A stretch of DNA of 64,000 bases from positions 14,322,001 through 14,386,000 of the forward strand of contig NC_135254.1 of NCBI RefSeq assembly GCF_964204865.1, in the 5' to 3' direction. A program made the translations under genes and the position numbers. Shown here piece after piece: positions 23,354 to 35,970 of the stretch (position 1 is the stretch's first letter; each line of letters starts with the position of its first letter). This DNA comes from Styela clava. Its lineage: Eukaryota. The notes under the pieces were generated by a model. The model had not been told where the DNA came from and did not search any database. It was given only the letters and a program-made list of their open reading frames with translations.

Positions 23354-26300
23354 ATGTTTTACAAATCTTGGCTTCTAAATATCTGTAATCATAGATTTAC
23401 ATGCAAAACTTATCAACGATGTCGTAGATTTTCTATTTCATCTCACCTCTGGAATGTCCGTGTTAGATTTGCACCCTCACCAACAGGTTTCTTTATTTTT
23501 AATTGATTTAATATGAACATTACAGTAGATGAATGATGTTTTAGTGATGTTGTGGGTGACTGGAGAGGCAAAAGCTATCGAAAAAATATATGATTATGGT
23601 GGCATATTATCTATTAATAAATAACCAACCAAGTCGAGACTTAGCCTGGCGGTGGGCGCCTCGTAGCATGCATTAGGATTATGATTGCCGTTGCAACTTT
23701 GAGCCCTGTGCAGGTTTGCAATTTCGATCCCTATGTGGTATAATTATGTGAGAGAGGATTGCTTGACTCCGTAGGGTGGTTCACATGACCGCTGGTCAAT
23801 TCAATGCATCTGAAACAAAAAATAGTTGCCATTAAGCCATCGGCTTTCCTCTTCTCGAGATTAATATGAAAATCCTATCCCACTCAATATTGTATATATA
23901 AATTGTATATCAATATTGTATTATATAAATAATTATTATTCAGGTTTTCTGCATATCGGTGGACTGAGAACTGCTTTACTCAATTACTTATTTGTGAAAT
24001 CCCAAAAAGGTGAATATTTCTTAGCAATATCTTAATGATTCACCATGTTGTAAATACTAAATAGTAATACTATTTATCACTGAACTAATTGTAAATCATA
24101 TCTTTAACATTTTTCTAGGTGGTGGTCAGTTTATCATCAGGATTGAAGATACTGATCAATCAAGAATTGTGCCTGGTGTCGTAGAAAATTTATTAAATCA
24201 ATTAAAATGGGCTGGAATAACACCAGATGAAGGACCAGGAATTGGGGGAGACTTCGGACCTTATGTACAAAGTGAAAGATTGGATATATATGAAAAGTAT
24301 GTTATGCTAAGCTGAACATTTACTTTAATTGGCGACTACTGTGCTTCAAACAAATTATAATATTTTGATTCATAACAATGCACAATTTCCAGACCGGTTT
24401 ACCAGTCTTTCAAAAGTTTTGTTGAAAATGATTTGGTTTTCCATCTTCAAATGCATTCATTGCCCATGACATGTTTATGAGGAATTTCATGAATATGAAA
24501 TTTTCCCTATATCGGTCTTCATCTATAGTCAAGTTATATAGAAAATATCTTAGTAAATAATTACTATGTAACAGTTTTCATAATTGAAATTTTCTAATCT
24601 TTTCTTTCCAACATTCAGGTACGCAAATCAACTTTTAGACAATGGAATTGCGTATAAATGTTTTTGCAGTGAAAGAAGATTGGAGATATTGAGAAGGGAT
24701 CAAATGCAGAGAAAAGAACGTAGTCGGTAGTTGTATATTTATTTTAACATTAAATGTAATGGTATATAGCAGGGGTGGCCAACCTGCTTTTGACTGCGAT
24801 CGACTATAATCTTCAAAATAGCTGGCGATCGACTGATCGGTAATTAGGTCATAAACAATAAGGAATGAATACTGGATACACAGATAACTGCACACACGCA
24901 TACAAAAATTTCACCACTGCCATTAAGCTTGGCTCTGCGGCCGCATTCTCAATGAAATTGTCACAAAAATTTGCATTTTTTGTATTCCATTCAATTTGAT
25001 TATGTAATTGAACCCGGAGTAAATGTTTCATCATATTTTTTAAATTTATTCAAATCATACAATTCTGATCTAGGGCCTGTCTAATTTTTAGTCGTAAGTG
25101 TTTCCATTCCCCTCAAAAAAACCTTGAAAAGTACCCATGTATTATGTAAACAGCAAATATTGAATATTCTAAAATCATAAATATTACATGATTGCTCAAA
25201 CTTGAGTGTGAGTGTCTAATTTCAAGTCCGATTCTTTGCTCACTTGGAATTAGAAAAAAAATGGGCATTCTGATGCCCCTGCTACCGTTGCAAATAAAAA
25301 TTTATCACACTACTTTTGGATTGAGGCAATAACTTTCGCACAGTGCAGAAATTGTTGTAGGATTGTTTGTCAGTCAAGTACTGACAAACAGTGCATGTAC
25401 AGTACTGTATTATTCAGGCGTTTTTTTTTAACTGTTTTTTTTTCGGGGGGTATGTTATTATTAAATTTACTCAACATCAGACGCGATCGACTACTCGAGA
25501 CGTGGCGATCGACGTGTTGGCCACCCCTGGCATATGGGTATAAACACACTTTTATGCTGTTCAACTTTTTAAGGATTTTTTCATGGCATAATATTTTTTG
25601 ACTTTTCAGATATGACAACAGGTGTAGAAATTTGTCAGAATCCGAGATTGAAGAAAAGCTAGATCTTGGAATGCCTTATGTCTTGCGTCTGAAGCTTCAG
25701 AATGATATTAGATCTTTTGAGGATATATTAAATGGTGAGATAAAGCACGATGTTGCCAGTATTGAAGGGGATCCTGTAATATACAAATCAGACAGGTAAT
25801 TTGTTTACATTTAGTGAAACCTTACTGATATCAGGATGGGATAGGATAGCATTTAGTCCAGCAATCCTCTCACACATAACTATCCTTGCATGGGATTCGA
25901 GCAAACCCACGCAGGGTAATCAGAGGGGCAGTAGTGAGCGTATTCCCATCGTTCAGCACGATGCATCGGCAGGCCATATTACTTATTTGATCTGGAGTCC
26001 GAGAAAAGTGATTTAATGTGCTAGGCCCCAGAATCTTTCTGGTTTGGCATTGCAAACCCAATAAATTGCACACTGAGTAAGGTGGGCGGCACAGGGTTGT
26101 AACCTACGATGGATGCCATTACAAGGTGACCCATTCACATTTAGGTATCCAACATATCATCTGGCAAACATTGTTGATGATCATTTGATGAAAATAACCC
26201 ATGTATTACGGGGCCAAGAATGGATGATGTCAACTGTGAAACATGTAATGCTATATGAAGCATTCGGTTGGAAACCACCACAATATGCACATCTTCCATT

Positions 26301-28816
26301 GCTTTTGAATGAAGACGGCAGGAAATTGTCTAAAAGGCAGGTAGGTAGGTGGGTTGATTGATGATATTAGGGATGTGGAGAAAATTTGCAATCGGGTCCT
26401 GACTTTTGCCTAAAAATTTTATCTCTTTGACTTAGGGTCAGGAAAAATTTTGATTTCGACACTGGGTTGTAAAAAATTTCGGCTTCACATTCTGACGAAA
26501 TCAAATTTTGATAACAAAAAATTTTCTTATGCAAGCTGTCTTTCATAGACTTTTTATTACAATTAGTAAAGTTGATATGTTTTGAGTTTGTCTAATATTT
26601 CGACATTTTTTACTACTGTTAAAAGTCTGCTATTCTGACTTTGAGAAGTTCAAAATTTCGACTATAACCTGCCAAACTCAGACTCCATAGCTCTGAGCGT
26701 TGCAACAAATTATCTGATCAAAAATACTAGAATATTTAATTTGATTTTACTGATAATGTTCATAGGACTTGATCCAGAAATCAATTTTTTACATGTCTTG
26801 TACAAATTGAAGGATTAAACATTGTTAAAATTCACAGGGTGATGTGTATGTGGAGCAATATCGTGAGGGTGGATACCATGCCGCATCGATTTTAAATTTT
26901 TTAGCTCATTATGGTGCTGGATTCACAGAAAGTTCTGGAATAATATTCGGTGATGAAGTTGCAACTCCAACGAAAGTTTTAGATATAATGGCAAAAGAAT
27001 TTTCAATGGAAAAGGTTTGACATCATTGTGTAGTCCTTAAAATATCCTGGCTGATTATATCGACTTGGTTTTGATATTGAAGAATTAAATTCTTATCTGG
27101 CCTTATTTTCTTATGTAATTAACAACAATTCCAGAAATTGTTTGACAAACGAATAGACGAGATGTTAATTTTGCAATTACTTGAGCTCTGATCATAAATT
27201 CTTCCCAAATTGTAGCAAAATAAGGAAATGTCATTTTTTACTCTATAAATTTTAAAACTTCTATGATTTCAATGCAAAAATAGTAATTTAATAATCTGCT
27301 GTTATATTCTCTAATTAATTTATTTTTTCAACTTGTATAAAAAATGTAACAAAAAAGATGACAATGATATTATTTTGTTAGGTCGGAGTGAATAATTCAA
27401 TTGTAAGTTTCTCAAAGCTTGGTGAATACAACTCAACAATTTTAAAGCATTTACTGTCAGATGAAAGAAGCATAAATTGTATGATAGAAGAATTAAGGTA
27501 GATGGACTGTTGTTACAGAAAACTTCAAAGTCATGTCTTTGATAATCTTAGTGGGTTAGTGCTTACAGTTCTAATTGCAAACAAATATCTTGGTAGTTTT
27601 GTTGTGGATGACCCGTGTTATAATTTGAACTTTATCTTCAACCGCTCTTTTTCTTTGTTTGAAGGAAGTATGTTTTGGAGAAGTATGGAGAAAGCAATAT
27701 ATTGAATAAAATGTCTAATGATGAGCAAAAAAATGAATATATCGATAGAGTTCTCTCAATCAGAAAGGTATTACTTCGCTTATCACTGTCAGGTTCATTT
27801 TTATTTTGCAGAATTATTCTGTATGCACTCCATTTATCATACAAGTTGGGATTGTTTCATGTGCCATACTCAGCCATAGCTTAGATCAAGTTTTTGAAAA
27901 TAGATCCTATCGGTCTAAATAACTATGACTCTTACGATGAAGAATAAATTTCTTTTCGCTGACGCATTATACACATTTATAGTGTTAAATATAATGTGAA
28001 TGGTCTTCAAACTCATTGAAATTAGTATACTCTGAAGTAGGTTTTCCTTGAAATTCTCAATGACAACAGTCGAAAGCACATATATTTTCATGTAGAATCA
28101 CATAACAGTTCTCAAGGATTTAATCAGTGAAGAATATAATTATGTTTGGATTCGTCCTTCTATTCCACACGAGGAAATTCAAGAAGATATGATGAAATTT
28201 GTTCTAAATATTTGCAGGTGATTTTTATTACATTTTATTGTTTTTGAACGATCTCTTTTCTCATCCATGTATAAACATCTTGATTTTATTGAAATTTGGT
28301 CAAAATTCTATGAAAACATTGATAAATTTAAGGTGAGATAAACAGGCTTGTTAATATGGCATTTATCATTTAACTTCTACTGAGCTTTTTTCTTGCTTCA
28401 CTTAATTATTCATTTTTATAGATATGACACAATGTTTTCATAAAAGCATGTCTATAGCTAAAGTTAATCATTTGCGTTTTCAAATTTCAGTTTTCTAGAA
28501 GACATTAATGTTGACGGTTTATCTAAAGAAGTGATCACTCCAAGGATTCGTGATATTCAGGCTAAGGCGAAGTTGAAAATTGCTCCCGCCATGACATTGT
28601 TAAGATATTTATTAAGTGGACGGAAAGTAAGTTTATATTTCTATTAGCCATATGACCGAACTTTTCAATCTTCTAATGGAGAACATTTTGCTTTAATTTC
28701 AGCAAGGACCTGCAGTTGCAGAAATTATTTGCATTCTTGGAAAAACGGAATCCGTAGCACGATTGAAGAAGATACAACAGTTTCATAATAAATCACCGTC
28801 ACTGGCAAAAATGTGA
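23354..28816 (+). CDS. EARS2: Mitochondrial glutamyl-tRNA synthetase. 12 exons: 23354-23486, 23944-24009, 24119-24296, 24619-24726, 25610-25795, 26145-26340, 26838-27014, 27382-27497, 27665-27767, 28096-28217, 28491-28626, 28703-28816
   Basis: Basic presequence, [65 protein letters not shown] and KLSKR. Confidence 0.95.
23640..23882 (+). mobile_element. Degenerate SINE copy
   Basis: GAGAGGATTG...GGGTGGTTCAC core and AATCCTATCC tail. Confidence 0.7.
24770..25529. mobile_element. hAT MITE in an EARS2 intron
   Basis: TIR CAGGGGTGGCCAAC at both ends, subterminal GCGATCGAC repeats and TSD GTATATAG/GCATATGG. Confidence 0.85.
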
Positions 28817-30100
28817 CAACAACATCTCCTTTTTCTTATCAAAATTCTATTCCATTATGCATTTTTTACTATAAAAAGTACAAACCCAGAGGTTGCATTT
28901 TTATATTGAACTTACTAGAAACATAAGGGTGATGTGATAGTTAAATTCAGTTGGATCTTGGCCTACAAATGTACATGGCTATACATGATTTAGTCTTGCT
29001 GGTAGTGAAGAAATTTCAATGGTGTGATTGTGAAGTAATATTCATTCAATATGATAGCTGAAATCTGTAGTATAGAAAGTAGTTAGACCCCAGACATCCA
29101 CTTTGTTGTAGTCATGTGGATGAGGTTAAATTGCAATGTTATAAATGTGAGTGACATAGACATCTCGGTGATATATTTGTACGAGTCCCCTTGTCCGTAT
29201 ATTGACTTTTGTGGATATGGGACAGATCAGCCATTCAAGGTTTCACTGGGTTCGGAAAAAGTAGTGTAGGTAGCAAGTATGTGTGAGCAGCTGTCATAAT
29301 GGGTGCAAATGGTTATCACAGCTTACCACTAGCTTGTGAAGGACTGATACTAGAACAGGCCCATGAGAGTTGTTTATCTGATATGAAGTTAGAAGTGAGC
29401 AGCAGACTGTGTGTGTTTCCATGAGGCATGGTTAACACACTATCAGATACTTTCAAAGCAAACACCGTTCCTGCTCATTCACATTGAAGAAATCACACAA
29501 GGACTTCTCTTCCCACATACGTGTTTGTACTTAAATTATTATTTAGAGATCAAATCACAAAACATTATGGCACTACATGGTATAACTGCCTGAGTATGGA
29601 TTTCTTAATGGACTGAATCTGAGTTTATATATCTATGCATATCCACAAACTAGGCCTAATATGCCACTGAAAAAAGTACATCAAAGTGTAATATATTTAT
29701 TAAGGCACCATAATATTGCGTATAAATAATTTAACATAGAAAAGTACTATGATTTTTTACTCAGTGCAATTTCAGTATTGCAATGGGCTGATAAAATTTA
29801 AAAGCAAAACATAACCACCAACCTAAATAAACAAAAATAAATAAATATGACCACAAAACTTATTTTCCTGATAAATTCACTATATAAACAATAATTGCAC
29901 AGTGCAATTGACTTATACGACATACAGAAAAAAGAAATATCAATAACAAATGGTTGCTACAAATTTTTAAGTCCCAGGTCCAATTGCAGTATAAATGTAT
30001 TTGCTCTAATGATACATAATATGATAATTGCTTTGCAGGCACTTGTCCGATCGAACAGATTGCTAGCTATGATTCCCGCTTAAAAGAAGTCCACTGTAAT

Positions 30101-33100
30101 CTATTTTATTTCATCAGCTTCTTTGGGTTTAACTTCAATATTATCATTTGTTTCATTCACACCTGAACTTTGTGTTAAATCTGGTGATGAATTGCTGGGT
30201 TCAACTTCAACATCTTTATTATTATCGGCAGTCGATTCTGTTGAAACCTTTGAATCAGTTTGAGAACTTTCAGCTTCTACAGCTATTTCTTCAGACTCGT
30301 CCAATTCCAGCTTCTGCATTAATTCTTCCAACTTGTTAGCCTGTTATATGAGCAAAATAGAGATTAATAGTATGAAAAAGGTGGGTAGTTCCAGTTGGCA
30401 CTGCAGGCTATGCTTACAAATACTCCATCGCACCCTGCAAAGGTTCGAATCTCATGGATATAATTATGCGCAAGAGGATCGCTGGACTCCCAGCCATGGT
30501 CAGGTGGTTCACGTAACTTCTGGCTGGTTACGGCTTACTACTCAAGTCCATGCATCTTAAAATAATAAATGATTTTTTATCCCCAAACCTTACATGGACT
30601 AGTAACGGGAGAAGCCGTGTTTCGTCTTATGATTGAGCAGTATTATCAGCTTTCTATTCTCCCGGGGTGGTCAAATCATTTCTCCTATCCTTTGGTCAAA
30701 TCATAATCAATCTATCATATATTGAAGCATAGTTCAGCCTTACCTTCCTTTCCTCATTTAATTGTATTAAATGGAATAGATGTTCTGTCAATTCTTCTTT
30801 CATTTGTGTTGCCTTGTGAAGATTCATTTTTGCACTTATGTATTCCGCTTCTGCTTTATCAAAGCGTTTTCTGAAAATATACAGTTATAACTTATATTTA
30901 AAAACGCCAATCAGCTGTTTGGTAACACAGGAATCCTTAAAAATTAAACTTGAACATAGTTTGTGACAACCCTTATGTCCATTCATCAAGAAGCAGGAAG
31001 TGATTAGGAGGAATTATATGTGCACTGTTTATGATGGACTTGTCATAAAGACAATGATGACTTTATTACTTATCGATCTTGATCGGTAAGTATGTTAATA
31101 GGTATTTGTCTGTTAGATACATGCGATATCTCACGCAAGCGAGGTTGAATCTGCTCCAAATTTTGCATGTTCATTCATCATATCACAAACCAGAAGCCTA
31201 TTGATTTTGGATTATGTCGTATAACAAGAGAGTCATTAATTAATTAGTGATGAAGAGATCTAGATTTTTGAAAAGCGAGAGAACGTGAATGACCTAGATT
31301 TTTGAAGCAAGAGTGTGCATGTGCTGAGTGTGTGTGCGATGCGCAAGTTTCCATCAAAAAAGTTTCCACGCTATTGAGTCAGAGCGCAGGGCACACGCCG
31401 CTGGATCGATAAGTCAGCGGTCTCTGATCGCTATCTCCTTTACATATTGTTAGAGATTATCAAGTGGCAGCAACTGTGAGGATGAAAATAACCTCGAGAT
31501 TTTGCCCGCCTTTGTTAGTAGAATATTACCAAATATACTACAGGACATTTGAAGCAATTACAACTTGCATGACATATCAGAAATAGTAGAGTAGAAGCAA
31601 CAAAAGGATGTCTGGAAACATAGGAAGTGTAAATGAGGTCGAAAGAAACTTTACAGTTCACCCTAAATTAACATACATTATCATGTATAATTAAAAATAT
31701 AATACCATAACTTACTGTGCATGATTATAATCTACGCAAGCTTCATCAATTCTATCTCTAAGAAGTGAAACATCATAATTCAACATGCCATCAAGCTTTG
31801 TAAGTTCGGCTTGTATTTTGACAAGTTTTGTTGATTCTGCAAACGCTCTCTTTTTTCTGTAAAATTAAAATGACTTGATGTATCAAAGTTTTATCAAATA
31901 AGGATTAGCAAAAATCTTGCAAATGATAATGTAATCTAATACCAGTCTTAATTCTAAAATCTATTCCATTTCAAGTTGAAAAAAATTTGAACATGTATTA
32001 AGCTATGAGAAGAAATGTAATGAAGTTGTTACAAAAACCAGTTTGATATAAGCTGGTTACATATGCTGATGATATCATGCAGTTGCCACTTCTGAAACAA
32101 CGATCATTTTAGACCAGTGATTCTCAAACTTTTTGGGACGCGCCCCCTTTTGAGAATTTCTCAAGTCTCGCGCCCCACCTCTAAAATAACAGATAGTTGA
32201 GGCGAAATGATGTTTCATTCAAAAAACATATTAATAATATGTGGATGGGACATAAATATCCAAAGTAAAGAAATGTAAATAGCCTATTCAAAACAAGGCG
32301 GGCAAGATCAAATCTAACAAATAGTTTAATTTTTAATTAGCTCCACGCCACCTCAAAAAACTGTCTACGCCCCCCTTGTGAGGGTGCGCCCCACCGTTTG
32401 AGAACCACTGCTTCAGACAATGATATGGATAGAATCATTATCTTTTTTTTTTTTGGTTCTAATTCATTATATATAATAGACAACCAATTGGCAGGTAGAA
32501 ACCATGGCGCTAGGTGAGACCATTTATAAATACTATATACGTATATACCTAAAGTTAAAATAGCCACTTATTACAGTTTTTTTATGAGGAGGTTTCAGAC
32601 CTTTGAGGCGGCACTGAGAAGCAGTCGAACATCTATTTCTTAGAAAGTCTTTCATTACATTCAGGACATGGGGTTAAACTGAAGATCTTAAACCAACTAC
32701 ACCAAAATAGTTAGGCTGATGCCTGATGGTGTTAATTAAGGAATTTGTATGGGTTCAAAGATTTGAAGCATTTCAATGAAACATATTTATGTATATTAAG
32801 AGCTATGAAGAATAATATATGCATATTATATACAGACATTTACATCAATATATATACGAACCTCTCTGCAATTGCTTTCGTTAGCATTGTCTTCTTCCTT
32901 TTATTTTTCTCCTCCATTTGTTTTTGTCTCTGTTGGATGTCTTCAAGTTTGATTTTCTCTTTTCTGGAAGGTATGAATAAAAAAAATTATAATAAAATAT
33001 AATCCATGGCTAATCAGATAATTGTTGTTACAAACCAAGGATATTGCATTCAGTAAATGTGAGCAAGAAGCAAACTGTAAACCACATCTTGCCCAAATTG

Positions 33101-33639
33101 ATTAAAAACAAAATTTTAGGTTAGGTATGTCAGGTCACATGAAAATAGGCTATAATATGCTTACTCTTTGATGACTTCAGCATCTTCTAAAATTTCAGGC
33201 TCTTCGCTTTCAACTGTGTCATTAGCACTTTTATCTGTAGATTCTAAATTAATAGGAACATTTGGTCAGAGAGACAACTAACAGTAATAAAATTCATCAA
33301 ACCTCAAGAGAAAATACCTATTGGTGGAGTGCATGTCTTCCCATGTAATGGTGTATTATCAGTAGGAGTTGTGACTTTTGATGGTAGGTTTTTCTTGGAG
33401 GATTCTTCATTAGCAGCTTGTGATAGCATTGCTTCCGAGGGTACATCACCATGTTCCTTTTGGACTCGAGGAGTAGTTTTAGAGCTTTGCCTTTTTTGAA
33501 CCTTTTGGCCCAAGATAGATCCTTGTTTCGCTTTGGCACCGCCAGTTAAGGGTTTAGCAACTTTGGCACCAGCTGAGCGATTTCCATCGCTTTTCATTCT
33601 TCGTAAATCAGCGTCAGTAAATCCCACCCAGTCACTCAT
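30101..33639 (-). CDS. GORAB: RAB6-interacting golgin. Exons 33639-33318, 33243-33165, 32963-32862, 31856-31716, 30870-30744, 30340-30101
   Basis: N-terminal [13 protein letters not shown] (compare WAGFSEEELRRLK). Coiled coil with [46 protein letters not shown]. Confidence 0.9.
30400..30692 (+). mobile_element. Degenerate SINE copy
   Basis: GGTTCGAATC B box, GCTGGACTCC...GTGGTTCACGTAAC core and CCTATCCT tail. Confidence 0.75.
31062..31441 (+). mobile_element. Helentron-associated non-autonomous element (HINE/DINE-1-like)
   Basis: Begins TTTATTAC. 11-bp subterminal inverted repeat ACTTATCGATC (31068) / GATCGATAAGT (31404), GTCTGT motif, 3' hairpin AGCGGTC-TCT-GATCGCT, T-rich flanks and no TSD. 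Confidence 0.65.
32115..32410. mobile_element. hAT (Charlie-like) MITE
   Basis: TIR CAGTG(A/G)TTCTCAAAC and TSD TTTTAGAC/CTTCAGAC. Confidence 0.85.
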
Positions 33640-33778
33640 TTTTAGATTTTATGTTCTTTAGAAAACTTCCTGCAAAGTTTATTTTGGATATTTACTGTTA
33701 GCGATATTCATTCATATCCTTCCTAATGTGTGTTTCTAACTTGTAAGTAAAAAAGTTGGGGTCTCGTGTAGTTTCGTA

Positions 33779-34213
33779 CCCAACGTACTTCTAGTAGGCG
33801 TAGCACAACAATTTTTTGACATGCCAATCCTAACCCTCACCTGACTACGCCATCCAAAAATTACGTCACTATGTAGTCACAATTACGTCATAGAGCTTGC
33901 CAAATACTCCTACGATCGCCCGAAATGGCATCGGCGCCGCCGATATTAAGAACTGACTGACGTCAGCGATCTCTCTCCTATCGGGATCGTTGCGACGAGA
34001 AAACGAGAGAAATGGCTGTTCGATTTCGGGTTCTCGTCTGCGCGTCTTGGATGACAGTTCGCATAGTTTGAAGGGCTCTATTACGTCACTGTGATGTCGT
34101 AGTGACGTAATTTTGGGATGGTGTGGTCAGGTGGGGGTTAGGATTGACACATGAAAAAATTGTTATGCTACTGCCTACTAGAAGTACGTTAGGTACGAAA
34201 CTACATGAGACCC
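33779..34213. mobile_element. Long-TIR (foldback) Harbinger-like MITE
   Basis: Imperfect inverted arms of about 110 bp, starting GGGTCTCGTGTAGTTTCGTACC and ending GGTACGAAACTACATGAGACCC. Confidence 0.85.
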
Positions 34214-34780
34214 ACATAAGATAACATGAGCAGCTGCAAATTCCTTTCCAGTACTAGGAATTCAGCCCAAGAATCACATTTAAATGCACTTGCTAGTATA
34301 TATTTAGTTCACATGATTCCGTGATTTCTGAGTCTTTGTGGAATGAAACTACTGTAACCTGATAACTTTTTCAGTTACACGGAGTTGAACCATGGAGGGA
34401 ATTTCATTATACTAGTTGGTAAAACCAATGAACGAATCAAATTTGATTTTTTTTATATATAAACCTTAATCAGGACTAGACTAGAAACATAGATCTAGAT
34501 TCTTTTAATTTATGATCATTTTATTAATTTTTCCAGCCCTCTATAACGCATTGTGCAAACATTGGCCTTCATTCACGTATACATGTTGCTTCTTGAGCAT
34601 TATTTGCCAAACAAAGCACTCAAATAACATTGCTAAACTAGCAAGAACTGTTTTTGAATTATTCAATGTTTTGGGCCAATGGGCATGCACCATCACAGTT
34701 GAAACACGAAGAACATTCTGCTCGATCTGGTGTATTAAAGGAAGAAATATTAACATACTTTAGTATTGCTGTATTGCAAG

Positions 34781-35277
34781 TAGGGCTGGGCGTTTCGAAA
34801 CAATGTTTCGAAACGTTTCGAAACACTGATATGTCGAAACGGCGGCGTTTCGACCTTCGAAACGGATATTATGACGTCATAGCAAATGCAACCTGTAATT
34901 AGTGACCAATTCGAATTTAATATCCGAATTTATTCGAATATCGTGACTCTCAAATATCGTTTTCAGTGTTTATAAGAATATTAAATATCGCGCAAACGTC
35001 CAAGCGCCGCCGTCCACGTTTTGATCTGGCCGCTGCTTTGTCATTGAGCAGAAACATTCGTGGAATTATCATTATCGTTTTATCTTTCGAATTAGCATCC
35101 AGTGATATCCTTTTGTGGATTTAATTGTGGAAAATAGATGTCATTATACATTAAATTCCATGGGTAATAATGGTATCATATTTCACTGTTTATAACAAAC
35201 GTGTGTTTCGTTTCGTTTCGAAGGCAAAATTTCGTTTCGATTTCGAAACACCAGTGTTTCGAAAATGCCCAGCCCTA
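34781..35277. mobile_element. Young hAT MITE
   Basis: TIR TAGGGCTGGGC, perfect 8-bp TSD ATTGCAAG (34773-34780 and 35278-35285), subterminal TTTCGAAA repeats. Confidence 0.92.
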
Positions 35278-35629
35278 ATTGCAAGCGAGCATCTTGCGCT
35301 GATTACATATTCAGACCAATGATATTCAAAATATTACTCTTAACTATATATTGGTTTTATTTCGACTCTATAATCAGCACAGACGTTGAAATAATTAATA
35401 AAAATAATTAAACAATGATTATGAAATCCAGGCCCCTCACTAATGTAAAAATGTGAGATTTATGAAAAACACCTTGCCATGTGCCGCAGAGTGCGATCAC
35501 CACGTTGTAAGTACATTGGGTTCGCCAACTCTGATATCGCTATTCAGCAGTGGATTTCATCAATGAACGGCAACTGTGGGCAAAAAAATATTCGATTTGT
35601 TTAGTGACTAGCATGATCCAGTCTAGGTA

Positions 35630-35900
35630 AGAGATAACACGCCGCGGGGAGATAAAAGTTTACACCTCGTGTGCCCAGAGGCTCGAGACGCAAAAGCTCA
35701 AATACGTCACAGCGATATGGATTTTTTCTTTCGCGCGTCGTTCTTTATCTTTCTTTATTACGTCAGGAACTAGACAGGAAAAAAGGTCGTCGTCACGTGA
35801 ACCAGCAAACCAACCAATCAGCATTGGTTATTTTACAACGGCGATAAACGACATTCTGTTGTTTCGACGCCCTTCTTTGAGGTGTCCTCGTGGCGACTGT
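35630..35900 (+). promoter_or_regulatory. CpG-rich promoter of the CENP-B-HTH gene, possibly shared with GORAB
   Basis: CRE-like TACGTCA (near 35703 and 35759), E-box GTCACGTGA (near 35792) and paired CCAAT/ATTGG (about 35815-35827). Confidence 0.55.
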
Positions 35901-35970
35901 ATTCTGGATTTAGGAATTGTAAATATTTCATTAGAAAAGTTTGAGGCGAGTGTATATCTATATATCTGTT

